Shown one piece after another: positions 20,414 to 30,959 of a DNA stretch of 52,256 bases. The DNA lies in contig SYMW01000008.1 in assembly GCA_005805305.1 (NCBI GenBank), forward strand, positions 1 through 52,256. Reading direction: 5' to 3'. The stretch's first letter is position 1. Each line of letters opens with the position of its first letter. A program made the translations under genes and the position numbers. A model generated the notes under the pieces. It was given only the letters and a program-made list of their open reading frames with translations, had not been told where the DNA came from and did not search any database. The stretch comes from Verrucomicrobiales bacterium. GTDB lineage: Bacteria; Verrucomicrobiota; Verrucomicrobiia; Limisphaerales; F1-80-MAGS106.

Positions 20414-21328
20414 TCAAAACTCCTGGAGGCGGCGCGCATTCCCGCGCCCGATAGCCCGCATCTGGGCTGTCGTCAGCGCGGATTCCTTAAGTTTGAGCAA
20501 AGCGGACTCAAAATAATACATAGGCGCGTGCGATCCAAAAAGTAATCGATTGACCGGCGCTTGAGCAAGCAGCGCCGCAACGCCTCCAACACCTTCCAGA
20601 GTGGCGATCTCCACCGAAACGTCTCCTGCCGCCATCACATCCAGCAACGGCTTCGCCCTTAGTGTTCGGAGGGCGTTCAGAAGTATTAACCGCAATCCAG
20701 GCACTTGCCGAACCACCCCCGCCAAGGGCGAGGCATCCACCGGCGCTACCCGCATCAACGGGTGCATCATGCGCTCGTCCTCCATCACCAGCGCCAGCTG
20801 CACGATCAACCGCTGCCGCGAGGCTCGCTCGAGCAAACGCGCGAAAACCGGATCTTCTAGCCCGTAACCGTGATAGTTCGGGTGGAGCCGAATCCCTCGC
20901 ATCCGATGCCGTCGAGCACACCGATCCAACTCCTCTTCCCAGTCCGGCAGATTGGGATTGATGGTCCCAAAAGGGATCAACAGTCCACGGCCAAATTCAC
21001 GGCACTGGTCCGCCAGTCTCGCGTTCGCGGCCCCCACATCCTTGTGCAGCACCCCCTCCAACGTCCCGGCCCAAGCCTCCAACACGCCGTTGCGGCGAAG
21101 ACAGTTCGCGAGCTCCTTCGGATCATCGCAACGGACCCGCCGCATGGGCCAATGCCCGAGGCTCACGTTGACATCGATCAAACCCTCCCCGCCCCAGCGC
21201 AGACCATGTACGGGAGCGCCAGGCGCAGCCGACTTCGAGATCGGCACGCCTGCCGCGCCGATCGCTCCTTGCAAAAACCTCCGGCGCGACGTCGACGCCG
21301 ATGGCCACCCGGTGCCGCATGGATTCAT
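20414..21328 (-). CDS. Amidohydrolase_2-like protein with Tat signal and degenerate metal site
   Basis: SRRRFL Tat motif, IDVNVSLG in place of HxH, RLHPNYHG, LLFGSHAP, C-terminal GRGNA. Confidence 0.8.
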   Translation of the reverse strand: MNPCGTGWPSASTSRRRFLQGAIGAAGVPISKSAAPGAPVHGLRWGGEGLIDVNVSLGHWPMRRVRCDDPKELANCLRRNGVLEAWAGTLEGVLHKDVGAANARLADQCREFGRGLLIPFGTINPNLPDWEEELDRCARRHRMRGIRLHPNYHGYGLEDPVFARLLERASRQRLIVQLALVMEDERMMHPLMRVAPVDASPLAGVVRQVPGLRLILLNALRTLRAKPLLDVMAAGDVSVEIATLEGVGGVAALLAQAPVNRLLFGSHAPMYYFESALLKLKESALTTAQMRAIGRGNARRLQEF

Positions 21329-22110
21329 GCCGCGCGGCCTTTCTTCGCAAGTATGGGCTCCAGCAGTCGGCGAAGATTGCCGCCCAAAAGCAGTTCGCGG
21401 TCACGGTCACGAATGTCCGCGCCGAAGACTTTCCCGAGCTGCGAGGCAAAACTGCGCCCTCCCGCATCGCTCCCGTACAAAACTCGCCTCGCTCCCAGTT
21501 CTCGGACCGCCATCTCAGTCAATCCCGCCACGGGATCGCCCCCGGCGAGATCCGCGTAAATGTTCGAATGAGGGCGAATGGCACGCAAACCCACCTCCCA
21601 GTCGCCCCCAGAATGTCCGCAGATGAGAGTCGCCGCCGGATGCCGGCTCGCCAGCGCCGCAAGCTCCGCGGGGGTTGATTCTCCCGGCAAGTTTCCTGTG
21701 ACCTTGATCCACGTGTATTGGAACACAACTGCCCGCAGCTCGGTGGCACGCGCGATGATAGGATCCAACGCGCTCGAGGAACAACGCTCCGCCACCCACA
21801 GCTTGACCCCTACCATCGGACCATCACGAACACAGCGGTCGAGCTCGTCCAAACTGGCCTGAAGATGTTTGGGGTTCAGGTAAACAAATCCAAGCAGCCG
21901 GCCGGGATTCGCGCGGACAGCGCGCAAAACCTCGTTGTTGTCTTCCCGCAAGCGCTCGGGTGACGGATCATAAGCGAACTCCATCCCCATGAACACGCAG
22001 AGTCGGGCGATTCCGAGCCGGTCCGCGAATTCCAGCAACCGGCCGGCGCGCGCCTCCGGTGTGTTCCCCGGAACTCCGTTCAAATGGCAATGAAGATCCC
22101 AAATTTCCAT
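21325..22110 (-). CDS. Amidohydrolase_2 family metal-dependent hydrolase
   Basis: DLHCH, GVKLW, GHSGG and VLYGSD motifs. ATGA overlap with the downstream gene. Confidence 0.85.
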   Translation of the reverse strand: MEIWDLHCHLNGVPGNTPEARAGRLLEFADRLGIARLCVFMGMEFAYDPSPERLREDNNEVLRAVRANPGRLLGFVYLNPKHLQASLDELDRCVRDGPMVGVKLWVAERCSSSALDPIIARATELRAVVFQYTWIKVTGNLPGESTPAELAALASRHPAATLICGHSGGDWEVGLRAIRPHSNIYADLAGGDPVAGLTEMAVRELGARRVLYGSDAGGRSFASQLGKVFGADIRDRDRELLLGGNLRRLLEPILAKKGRAA

Positions 22111-22163
22111 ATGTCCGCCGCGTGCTCAAACTGACGATGCGAGCCAGCAAAACCCCACTCCAT

Positions 22164-23639
22164 TCAGTCGGCTTTGCGCGGGGGCTGAGGGTTTTGCTCA
22201 CCCGGCCAAACGGGGCGATGCCTCGGGATTTCCGAGCGAAAGTCCCCAAGACTGGACCAGTAAAGCCGCTGGCCCAAATCGACCTCGGCGACAGCAACGG
22301 TTCCCCACTCGCGGGCCTGCGCCACCACGCGGCCTTCTTGATCGTATATCGCCGAGATCATCCAATTCAGCGATGCATCGCTGTAAGTGCTGCTGGCGAT
22401 GAACACGTGATTTTCGCAGGCGCGCGCGGCGGCAAGAAGCGGGTTGCACCCAGCCACCGGAAAAGCGATCACCTCGGCGCCCCGCATGCTCAACTGGCGG
22501 GCAGGCTCGGGAAAAAAACCATCGTAACAAACCATCATTCCTATCCTGCCCAAGGAGGTTTCGAAGACCGGATAATCAACGCCCGGCGTGATCCCGGCCT
22601 CGATCTCGGTGCGGGGCAACGTCACCTTGCGGTATTTTCCGATGAGCCCGCCGTGGGGGCCTATCAGTACCGCCACGTTATAGATCAAATGATTGTCGCG
22701 CTCCACCAATCCCACAACGAGATGAAAGCCATGCTTTCGGGCCAATTCGCCAAAATAAGCCGTCGAAGGCCCCGGAATCGGCTCCGATGCCTGCGCGTAG
22801 CTCAATCCGTTCCCCGTGGCCGTCAGCGTCTCCGGCAAGACGACCAGATCGGCTCTTTTCAGCGCCGCTTCCTCAAGCAAAGGGGCAAACTGCCGGCAGC
22901 TGTCCATGGCCGTATTGCCGTTGCGAGGAATGTAATGAACGGTCGCAAGCCGGACCTTGCGCGCCGGCGGCGGGTGGATCTCCACCAGGGCCACGTCCTG
23001 CCATTCCACGCTCGCATTCGCGGCCCAGCGAAAATGCAACTCGATGATCGCTTTGGCCGCTTTCGCAGGCGCGCGATACACGCCACCCACTTCAGTCCAA
23101 CCCGCCCCGTCCGCCGCTCCATCCGCCGGGTACTCAGGCTCTGCGGCAGGCGCCACGCCGGGCGCGTAACTGATAGCTCCAGGAGCGTCGTGCCGCACCG
23201 GGCGCCCCGCGGCGTCGCGCCAAAGGAGGCGAGCGAGAACGGAGCGCCGGGGCGAAGAAACATTGTCCGCCCGCCGGCGAGCTCGAAATTGGAAGTGCTT
23301 TCCTCCCTCCACAATAAAAGTTCTCTCCCAATGGCCCGCGAGGCCCTCGCGGGAGTCGGATCGAATCACAAGCCCGCCATTGGATGAGGTTTCGAAAAAT
23401 GGCCGTATTTCTTCCCTTGCCGCCACGCCGTGCCAGGCGTTGCTCGCAATGGCCGGTGCCGAGGCGCCACGGCACAGCCCGGAAACCAAAAGCGCCGCCC
23501 AGACGGCCGCCAAAGCCCCCAACGGCATGGCGCTCCGGGATGCCAAAACAACCCTCCGCCTCCCCGGGCAGCCGGGTCCCCGGAGATCCTGCTCGCGAGA
23601 CTTCCCATGATTCAGTGAGTCCTTTGATGACAAATTCAT
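22164..23639 (-). CDS. Carbon-nitrogen hydrolase (nitrilase superfamily) with N-terminal beta-sandwich/CBM-like domain
   Basis: E-K-C triad in LPET, YRKVTL and VCYD. Hydrophobic N-terminal segment. ATGA overlap with the upstream gene. Confidence 0.85.
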   Translation of the reverse strand: MNLSSKDSLNHGKSREQDLRGPGCPGRRRVVLASRSAMPLGALAAVWAALLVSGLCRGASAPAIASNAWHGVAAREEIRPFFETSSNGGLVIRSDSREGLAGHWERTFIVEGGKHFQFRARRRADNVSSPRRSVLARLLWRDAAGRPVRHDAPGAISYAPGVAPAAEPEYPADGAADGAGWTEVGGVYRAPAKAAKAIIELHFRWAANASVEWQDVALVEIHPPPARKVRLATVHYIPRNGNTAMDSCRQFAPLLEEAALKRADLVVLPETLTATGNGLSYAQASEPIPGPSTAYFGELARKHGFHLVVGLVERDNHLIYNVAVLIGPHGGLIGKYRKVTLPRTEIEAGITPGVDYPVFETSLGRIGMMVCYDGFFPEPARQLSMRGAEVIAFPVAGCNPLLAAARACENHVFIASSTYSDASLNWMISAIYDQEGRVVAQAREWGTVAVAEVDLGQRLYWSSLGDFRSEIPRHRPVWPGEQNPQPPRKAD

Positions 23640-25456
23640 AAGGTCAACCTCCATAACTCCGCCCCAGACCCAAAGTAAACCGCCCCAGACTCAACGGCGA
23701 ATCCACAGTCGATCCGCTTGGGCGCCACGCCTTGCTCAGTCACTTTCCCATCACGAATATCCACCGTATAAACGGCGCGAGTCGTCAAGCCAACGAGCTG
23801 GTCACCGTGCTGGCCTAGGGAGATTTCAACCTGCGTTCCAGGGAGGGGGTGGGTGGACGCCACCTTCATGCTGCGCGGGTCAAACACGTAAAGCTTGTCT
23901 CCGGCCGTCGTGAAGACTTTTCCACCCGCGGCGACGGTGGCCGCGTAGCTTCGCGCGCCCGTGGCGAGCGGCGCCTCGAAAACATTGCGCCTGACACGGG
24001 GATCGAAAGCGAAAAACACCGCCTCCTTTTCTGTTGATTTTGTTCCACCGCCCCCAAAGTTGCCGCTGCCGCCAAAGATCAAGCCGCTTTCCCTCTCCCA
24101 GGCCAGTGAGACGATGCTTTGATTCGTGATCAAATGTCGATAGTTCTCGACGGTCTTGTTCGATTTTGGATCCCACACTCCCATCGCCCCGCCGAGTTCA
24201 CCATAAGGCGGCTCGCTGCCGATGTAGAGCATCTCATTTGGCCCTCGAATCATGGCGCGAGGCCGCAGATGGCCGTCGCCCACGCCGCCGTGTGAAATTG
24301 GATTGGAATCAGGCCCGGAACCAAACTTCCAAAACGCCTTGGCCGGATCGTACAAGTTCATGATCGCTCCCCCGTAGTAACAGAGGTAAAGTTTCTCCTC
24401 GTGCACTGACATGGAGTAGACCTCCCCTCCCGGCATGCCACCCAAATGCTCGCTCCTCCCCGCGCGCGGATCGAATCGGAACACCTCCAGCGGCATCGCC
24501 GTGCTGCCATAAACACAGCCGCCAGGCCCATTCCCCACCACGAAAATTCGATCTCCAGCACCCGCATATTTGAACCGTCGCTCAACCACCTCCCCCGTGC
24601 GTGGATCTTTCAGCGAAAATCTTCCCCGATCGAAGAACACGACTTCCCGGCCATCTTTGAGTGTTTTCAAGGGCCGTGACGGCGCGGTTTGCACTCGGGC
24701 CACCCTTTCGTCATCCAAACGCATCAAGTTTGTCCCAAACTCGGCATAAACGAGGCCGTCGGCCCGCTTGGAAACGCCAACGGTGCCCCAGCCTGGGGCG
24801 CCCCGCATGCCTTCCGGAAGCACGCTGCGATGAGTTTTCGACGAGGGATCAAACACCACCAAGTCACCCTTCTGAGTCCCGATTCCCACATAGACTTTCC
24901 CATTCGGTCCCACGGCCAAGCTGCGCGCATACATTTCCGTGGGATGCATCCGCCCAAGATCTTCCATCGCTCCGGACCTGGGATCGTAGCGCACCAACTT
25001 GGCTTGCGGATACGTGCAGGCGTAAAGCCATCCATCCGCTCCGACATCATACTGCCACAGGTAGTCCTCCGTCTTGGATGGTTTTCCCACGACCTCGATT
25101 CCTCGGCTCGGCCGTGCCGGATCGAAACGCAGAATCAGGGCTCCATCCCACGTTCCCAGATAAATCCGCTGGTCCGGCCCAACCTCAAACGCCCAAGCGC
25201 CGGGCCCTTCGGGCGCGTCAAACTGCCGGGCTTCTCCGGTGTCAGGATCGACTTGAACGAGAAACAGTGTCCCGCTCAATTGATTGAAATTAAAGTAAAG
25301 CGCCTCCCCCCCGCTTCCATTCGGTCCCACGATGCCACCCATCAATCCTCCCATCCTCACTGGTATGCCCAGAGACTCGAATCGAGGAGCGCTGATCACG
25401 CTGTTCAGGGTGATCAGCCAGGCGGCGAAGAAGCCAACGATGCCAGGGAAGTTCAT
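23636..25456 (-). CDS. Secreted beta-propeller repeat protein
   Basis: Signal peptide and repeated GPD/NG.(I/V)Y.G and RYDP..G.. blades. Confidence 0.75.
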   Translation of the reverse strand: MNFPGIVGFFAAWLITLNSVISAPRFESLGIPVRMGGLMGGIVGPNGSGGEALYFNFNQLSGTLFLVQVDPDTGEARQFDAPEGPGAWAFEVGPDQRIYLGTWDGALILRFDPARPSRGIEVVGKPSKTEDYLWQYDVGADGWLYACTYPQAKLVRYDPRSGAMEDLGRMHPTEMYARSLAVGPNGKVYVGIGTQKGDLVVFDPSSKTHRSVLPEGMRGAPGWGTVGVSKRADGLVYAEFGTNLMRLDDERVARVQTAPSRPLKTLKDGREVVFFDRGRFSLKDPRTGEVVERRFKYAGAGDRIFVVGNGPGGCVYGSTAMPLEVFRFDPRAGRSEHLGGMPGGEVYSMSVHEEKLYLCYYGGAIMNLYDPAKAFWKFGSGPDSNPISHGGVGDGHLRPRAMIRGPNEMLYIGSEPPYGELGGAMGVWDPKSNKTVENYRHLITNQSIVSLAWERESGLIFGGSGNFGGGGTKSTEKEAVFFAFDPRVRRNVFEAPLATGARSYAATVAAGGKVFTTAGDKLYVFDPRSMKVASTHPLPGTQVEISLGQHGDQLVGLTTRAVYTVDIRDGKVTEQGVAPKRIDCGFAVESGAVYFGSGAELWRLTL

Positions 25457-25948
25457 TTACGGCGCGCACACCACAGGGGTCACCCCATTCGGCCCCGGGA
25501 CGGCCCATTCATTGACGATCTGACCCGCCTCCGCGGAGTTCATGGGGTGCCAATCCTTGTCTTTCACCCGCCGCACGAACCGATGGGTCATTCCCTCGGA
25601 GCGGCCGATTTGAGGAGTCCCGCCCGTGGCCTGAGCGGTCTCCATTTGCTTTTTGAATTCTGGCGAGTAAATCTCCAAGTAAGCCACCTTGTGGGATGAG
25701 GCGTCGTCACAATTGCCCGTCATAGAAATCACCACGGCCCGAACCCCATCGAGTTCCTCTCCATGAGGGCCTTTGATCGGCGGAATCAAGGTGCGAGGCG
25801 CGGTGAAAAGCTTGCCAGCGCTGACGTCGTAGAAATAGGACTTGTCCGAGACGCCGTCGCCTTCTCGCCAAAAACGCAGGAAGAAAAACCCCGACAACCC
25901 CAGCATCGCCAGAGCCAGCAACAACTTGATCAGAGTCGGCCGCTGCAC
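25457..25948 (-). CDS. Small single-TM hypothetical protein downstream of a prepilin-like gene
   Basis: N-terminal TM helix, YFYD..GKLF....PPI and GVRAVV motifs. Its stop abuts the next start codon. Confidence 0.7.
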   Translation of the reverse strand: MQRPTLIKLLLALAMLGLSGFFFLRFWREGDGVSDKSYFYDVSAGKLFTAPRTLIPPIKGPHGEELDGVRAVVISMTGNCDDASSHKVAYLEIYSPEFKKQMETAQATGGTPQIGRSEGMTHRFVRRVKDKDWHPMNSAEAGQIVNEWAVPGPNGVTPVVCAP

Positions 25949-25966
25949 AATCCGGTGGCTGGAATT

Positions 25967-26752
25967 TTAGTGCGGGTCGGCCTTGGCCGACCACCAACAC
26001 TCCTCCTTGTTGCAGGGGATGCGCGCTGGATCCAGGAGTGTGGCGCTGCCGTCCGCCAATCCATAATTCGCCTTGCGGTTGTGGCGAACCGCGCCTTTGT
26101 CTCCCTGCGCCAACCGGTTGAAACCCGGCCCATTGACATCGCCCACCTCCTTCCAAATCCACCACCGATCACGCGGGTAAACCCCGAAAACATCGCTATG
26201 CCCATCCCCGAACATCAGGAGCTTGGACGCGGACTCAACGGCCGGCCATCGGCACAGGTTGTCCTCGTAACCCTTGCCCCGCCCAAAAGGGGGAGGCGCC
26301 CCACCCGAGGTCCAATGCACGTTGACCGCCCCAAGGCCGCTCGGAACATCGATTTCTCCAGCCATCAACTGCCCCAGAACCGCCGTGTTGCCCACTTTCG
26401 CCTTCGGCAGCCTGCCGCTCGCATAAACCTCTTCCTTCTCCGTCGGGCAATCGTATAACCGCGGATTCTTCCCCACGTAAGTATAGAGGTGCGCCCGCCA
26501 ACTCGACTCGGCCCCGCCTGGCAGGGAGTCTTGTATGGGTGGAAACCACTCGTTGTTGTCGTCCGCGTAGAGGTGCACTGCCAATCCCAGTTGCTTCTGG
26601 TTGCTGAGGCAAAAGGTTTGCTGCGCCTTCCCCTTGGCCTTGCTCAAGGCTGGCAACAGCATCGAGGCCAGCAACGCGATGATCGCGATCACCACCAGCA
26701 GTTCTATCAGAGTGAACCCTCGAGGCTTCGTGAATCGATTGTTGACGATCAT
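25967..26752 (-). CDS. Prepilin-type N-terminal cleavage/methylation protein with H-X9-DG motif (DUF1559-like)
   Basis: RG|[35 protein letters not shown] and [13 protein letters not shown]. Confidence 0.9.
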   Translation of the reverse strand: MIVNNRFTKPRGFTLIELLVVIAIIALLASMLLPALSKAKGKAQQTFCLSNQKQLGLAVHLYADDNNEWFPPIQDSLPGGAESSWRAHLYTYVGKNPRLYDCPTEKEEVYASGRLPKAKVGNTAVLGQLMAGEIDVPSGLGAVNVHWTSGGAPPPFGRGKGYEDNLCRWPAVESASKLLMFGDGHSDVFGVYPRDRWWIWKEVGDVNGPGFNRLAQGDKGAVRHNRKANYGLADGSATLLDPARIPCNKEECWWSAKADPH

Positions 26753-26887
26753 GATGTCGCTCTTTCGGTTGCAGTTTTTCAACCCTCGCGCCACGCCATG
26801 GACGATGTGCCCCATCATAAGCTCCGCCCGCGCTTGGCGCAACAGATCGTTTGAGGGTCCCCCTCTCGTTTTCCTCACGTCCAGTGG

Positions 26888-26916
26888 GAATTGAAAACTG
26901 GGTCAATCTTCAATTC
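26888..26916. promoter_or_regulatory. Candidate operator in a divergent intergenic region
   Basis: Perfect 8-bp inverted repeat gaattgaa-N13-ttcaattc in an AT-richer patch. Confidence 0.3.
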
Positions 26917-27028
26917 GAATCAACACAACCTTGGCTGCGCGGCAAGGCAGCCCTTCCAGGCATTGCATAGTCACGGCTAAAGATCTTGATCGGATGGCCA
27001 AGCGGGTGCCAAATGAGCCAAGACTTGC

Positions 27029-30000
27029 GTGACTCACAACCTTTGGCTCGTGCGCAGCTTCCTTCCATGGCTCCTCTGCCTTTCGTGGCTCGAATCCACC
27101 GCGGCGGAGTGGCCGGCCGCGCGCGGCGAAGGCGGACGAACCGCAACGTCCTCCTTCGGGCCTCCAGACGCCTTAACCCTCTTGTGGACGCACCCGACCG
27201 GGCCACCCATGCCGGCTTGGCCAATGGAAGCGCGAGGAAGTCTTTGGCAGCGCATCGAGGATCCGATGACTCCCCGGGCATCCGACGATGTGGCCCCGGT
27301 GCCCATCCTGGCGGCGGGTTTGGCGATCTTCGCCACCACTCATGACGAAGTGCGCGCCCTGGATCTCACCACGGGCAGGACACGCTGGCGCTATTTCTGC
27401 GGCGGACCGGTTCGTTTCGCCCCCGCGGCGCAGGACGGCGCTCTCTTCGTGGGATCGGACGATGGTTTCGTCCACGGGTTGGACTTGGCCAGCGGAACGT
27501 TCCGCTGGAAAACCCGCATCGGTCCAGCCTCTCGCCTCGTCGTGGGCAATGGACGTCTGATTAGCCCTTGTCCAATCCGGGCAGGGCTGCTCGTCCACCA
27601 AGGGGTGATCTACATCGCGGCAGGGCTCTTTCCGATCGAAGGCGCTTATTTGGCGGCTCTAGAAACTGTCACCGGCCGAATCCTGTGGCGGCGGCACCTG
27701 GGCAAATCCTCGCCCCAGGGCTATCTCGTGGACGCAGGCTCGGAGATCATCGTGCCTTTTGGCCGCGCCTCGCCCCGGGCTTACACCAAGCGCGACGGCA
27801 GCCCCACGCGCGACATCCCGTCCACGACCGGCACTCTGGCGGTGGTCTCGCAGGATGAAACGCTTTCCGGTCCCGGACCCCGGGGAAACATCCAAAGCGG
27901 CAACCTTCAATCGTCGGGAGCCAAGCTCGTCACCTATCCCGGCCGGCAAATGGCTGTCACTTCCAGGGTGGCGTATCTGGCGAGCGGAAAGGAATTGACG
28001 GCGCTGGACCGCCAGATCCTCCGGGAAAGCCGGGGCGATTTCGAACAGGCGGTGCTTTGGAGAGCGCCCTCCACGGCGTCGGCGTCACTGATCGTGGCTG
28101 GCAACCGAGTCTACGCCGGCGGAGCGGGAAGAATCGAAGTGTTCGAAGCCACCACCGGTCAATCGCTTGATACGTTGAAAGTGTCGGGCATCGCGCACGC
28201 GCTGGCGGCAAACGAAGCGAGCCTCGTCGCCGGCACCAGCGATGGCAGCATCCAAGCATTCCTGGAGCGCCCTCGTCCACCAGTGGCAGAAACGCCAAAA
28301 CCACTCGTGAAACCCGCCGAGAATAGGCGCCGACAAACGCCCCATTGGATCGCGGACCTGCCTTTGCTACGAGGTCTCGCCCTCTGGGCCGGATCCGGAG
28401 ATCCCCTGCCCGACGTGCGCGCCCTGGCGGAGTCCACGGAGCTGCACATCGTGGTCAGGGCAGACCACAGCAACGCCGCAAGCATGCGCCTCCGCCTTGC
28501 CGAGGAGGGCCTGCTGGGAGCTCGCGCCGCGATCGTTGAACTCGACGCCAATGGCGCTTTCCCCGTCGTGGATCATGTGTTCAACCTTGTGGTCGCCGAT
28601 GGTCTCAAGGACGACGAAGCGCTCCGATTATCGTGTCCTGCCCCCTCGGGTATCGTGCTCCGAAACGGTCAAGCGACCCGCCCTCCGACCGAAGCTAAAC
28701 CCGGAACCTGGACTCATCTTTATGGCACTGCAGCGAACCTCTGCGCCTCCGCGCAACGAATGGACGGGTCGCCACGGCTGCAATGGTTTGGGGGGCATGG
28801 ACCGGAGAGGATGCCGGATCGACACACCCGGGGGCACGCTCCCCTCGCTGCGGGCGGTTTGCTGCTCTCCATGGCGGAGAACGCCCTCATCGCCACGGAT
28901 GCCAGAAATGGGACGGTGCGATGGGAATTAGACCTGCCCCATTCCATGCGCTACGCGATGCCCTACGACGCCGGTTACGCCGTTCTCCAGGAGGATGGCG
29001 CCCAAGCCTGCGTGGCCGTGAACGAAGCCCTCTGGATCATCGACACCCGAGCCGGCCGCGTTCGTGACAAAATCCCCTGCCCGCTCCCGGACCAACACTG
29101 GGGCTGGGTTGCCATGGAAGGAACCGCCCTTTACGGCAGCACGTTGCGACCGTCCGCGCCTCGGACCAAGAAAGAGTATGATTTGGTGGATTTAGAATAC
29201 CGGTCTGGCCGCCCCATGGTTTGTTCCAAGAGTGTTTTTAGAACTGGTCTGGAGAACACTCCGCCTCTATGGATTTATGAGGTTCCCGGAGCCCTCGTGA
29301 ACCCAACCCTGAGCGTCTCTCAAGGCCGGATCTATGCCATCGAATCCCGCGGCTCCAAGGCCGCCACAGACCACGCCGGGAGGCTGACGTGCACGGAAAT
29401 CATGGAAGGCGCGTTCGTGATCTGCCTGGACGGAAGGAGCGGGAAAAAGCTTTGGGAACGAGCCCTGCGATGGCCCGAGGCCAAGGACATCCTGGGCCTG
29501 GCGGTCACCGGCGATAAACTGTTGATCTCCTGCGCGCAAAGTGTGGGAACGCAAGCATCCTATCACCTCAAGTGTTGGCGAACCGCGGACGGAGGAGAAC
29601 TATGGCAAGCCAGCTCATTGAATCCCATCCAAGATCTGTTCCACGGACAACAGGTCAAACGGCCAGTCGTGCTGCGAAACCGCGTGGCTTTTGAAAGCGG
29701 CCTTTTCGACCTTGAGACAGGAGCCCGGTGGTCCCCTCCTGGTGCCCCGAAGGATTGGATTCTCTCCCGTCCTGGTCACGCTTGCGGGGGCATGACCGGG
29801 GCAGATGACGGACTCCTTTTCCGGGCCGATAACCCCACTTTCTTTCGATTCACGGATGGAAAATTCACGGCTTTAGCCCCCACACGCCCTGGCTGCTGGC
29901 TCAACATTCTTCCAGTTCAAGGCGGCGTCCTGATCCCCGAGGGCAGCGCGTCGTGCATTTGCGCCTACCCAATCCAGGCTTCCATGGGCTTCGCTTTTTC

Positions 30001-30055
30001 CCCCGAACCGGCGCCCCAACTCCCTGATATTCTTCCTTCCGCCGGGAGGAAGTAG
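27029..30055 (+). CDS. Large secreted PQQ-like beta-propeller protein with two propeller regions and a central degenerate methyltransferase-like segment
   Basis: Signal peptide, GSDDG.V..LD...G..RW repeats, SPQGYL, WTHLYG, and Cys-rich C-terminus (HACG, RPGCW, CICAYP). Confidence 0.8.
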   Translation: MTHNLWLVRSFLPWLLCLSWLESTAAEWPAARGEGGRTATSSFGPPDALTLLWTHPTGPPMPAWPMEARGSLWQRIEDPMTPRASDDVAPVPILAAGLAIFATTHDEVRALDLTTGRTRWRYFCGGPVRFAPAAQDGALFVGSDDGFVHGLDLASGTFRWKTRIGPASRLVVGNGRLISPCPIRAGLLVHQGVIYIAAGLFPIEGAYLAALETVTGRILWRRHLGKSSPQGYLVDAGSEIIVPFGRASPRAYTKRDGSPTRDIPSTTGTLAVVSQDETLSGPGPRGNIQSGNLQSSGAKLVTYPGRQMAVTSRVAYLASGKELTALDRQILRESRGDFEQAVLWRAPSTASASLIVAGNRVYAGGAGRIEVFEATTGQSLDTLKVSGIAHALAANEASLVAGTSDGSIQAFLERPRPPVAETPKPLVKPAENRRRQTPHWIADLPLLRGLALWAGSGDPLPDVRALAESTELHIVVRADHSNAASMRLRLAEEGLLGARAAIVELDANGAFPVVDHVFNLVVADGLKDDEALRLSCPAPSGIVLRNGQATRPPTEAKPGTWTHLYGTAANLCASAQRMDGSPRLQWFGGHGPERMPDRHTRGHAPLAAGGLLLSMAENALIATDARNGTVRWELDLPHSMRYAMPYDAGYAVLQEDGAQACVAVNEALWIIDTRAGRVRDKIPCPLPDQHWGWVAMEGTALYGSTLRPSAPRTKKEYDLVDLEYRSGRPMVCSKSVFRTGLENTPPLWIYEVPGALVNPTLSVSQGRIYAIESRGSKAATDHAGRLTCTEIMEGAFVICLDGRSGKKLWERALRWPEAKDILGLAVTGDKLLISCAQSVGTQASYHLKCWRTADGGELWQASSLNPIQDLFHGQQVKRPVVLRNRVAFESGLFDLETGARWSPPGAPKDWILSRPGHACGGMTGADDGLLFRADNPTFFRFTDGKFTALAPTRPGCWLNILPVQGGVLIPEGSASCICAYPIQASMGFAFSPEPAPQLPDILPSAGRK

Positions 30056-30061
30056 CCGTTG

Positions 30062-30117
30062 CCTGAAAACAGCGATCAACGGAATGGCGACGATCACCGC
30101 CCCGCGCTGTTTTAAGG
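30062..30117. repeat. Short element with MITE-family-like ends between convergent genes; possible terminator
   Basis: cctgaaaacagcg ... cgctgttttaagg is a 13-bp inverted repeat with 1 mismatch. Confidence 0.5.
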
Positions 30118-30165
30118 TTTAAGGATGATTCCGAGCGGCTCATCGGCGGTTGATGCCCTGGATCC

Positions 30166-30741
30166 CTATCCATGATTTTTCTTGGCCACCCATGCGCCGG
30201 CGATGGCTCCGCTCAAATGCCCTTCCCATGAAATCGGTCCAGTTTGCGGAAGGACGCCTAGATACATGCCCCCGAAAACGAGCAACACCAGGATGGCGAC
30301 CAGCGCTTGACGCCAGCTTTTGATGAAGATTCCCGCGGCGATGAAATAAGTCACCAGGCCAAACACGAGGCCGCTGGCCCCGATGTGCACAATCTCCACC
30401 CCCCGCCACAAGCCGCCGCGGCCGATGATCCAAGTGCCCAACCCGCTCGCGATCCAGATCAAAAGCAAGGTCGTCTTAGGGCGATAACGCCGATCGCAAA
30501 ACAAAAGAGTCAACAGAATGAAGAGAGGCCCGGCGTTGGCGAGGAGATGCGCGAAATTGGCATGCAACAACGGCATGAACATCACGCCTGGAAGCCCAGA
30601 GAGAGTCCGGGGTCGAACCCCATAAGTCTCCAATGGGTAAGGCGCAAACCGGCCCGCAAGGAAGACAAGGAACAGGAGCAAAATCCACGCGCCTCCGATT
30701 CGGGATGCTTGCTGGAGATTGCCGCCGCTCGTGTTTTCCAT
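30166..30741 (-). CDS. Rhomboid family intramembrane serine protease
   Basis: H....HL..N, HIGASG (catalytic Ser), SWEGHLSGA (catalytic His), multiple TM segments. Confidence 0.9.
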   Translation of the reverse strand: MENTSGGNLQQASRIGGAWILLLFLVFLAGRFAPYPLETYGVRPRTLSGLPGVMFMPLLHANFAHLLANAGPLFILLTLLFCDRRYRPKTTLLLIWIASGLGTWIIGRGGLWRGVEIVHIGASGLVFGLVTYFIAAGIFIKSWRQALVAILVLLVFGGMYLGVLPQTGPISWEGHLSGAIAGAWVAKKNHG

Positions 30742-30959
30742 GCCTTTTTGCAACCTCACGTTGCCGTGGCCTGGGACGATCGGCAATCGTGAAATGGGGT
30801 GTGAGTGGGTGAAGAGATTTTAGACGGACGTTCATCGCCGAGCCATGAAGCAGCATCGCGGGGGGGGGTGGTCTGAGTCAGGACCGTTGTCTGTCACGAC
30901 GGACGGGACGACGGGTAGGTTGGGCCATTTTCACGTTCCATTCCCGCGCAATCTGTTAT

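Noticed and set aside
30860-30868. G9 homopolymer upstream of the rhomboid gene as a phase-variation tract
   Set aside because: It is intergenic, short, and has no visible link to promoter spacing. Read-level length variation would be needed.
30892-30925. Similarity to the reverse complement of about 51953-51987 (cacgacgg..acggga..ggta..tggg), both near MITE copies
   Set aside because: Only about 28 matches with three gaps in low-complexity GC-rich sequence, so it is compatible with chance.
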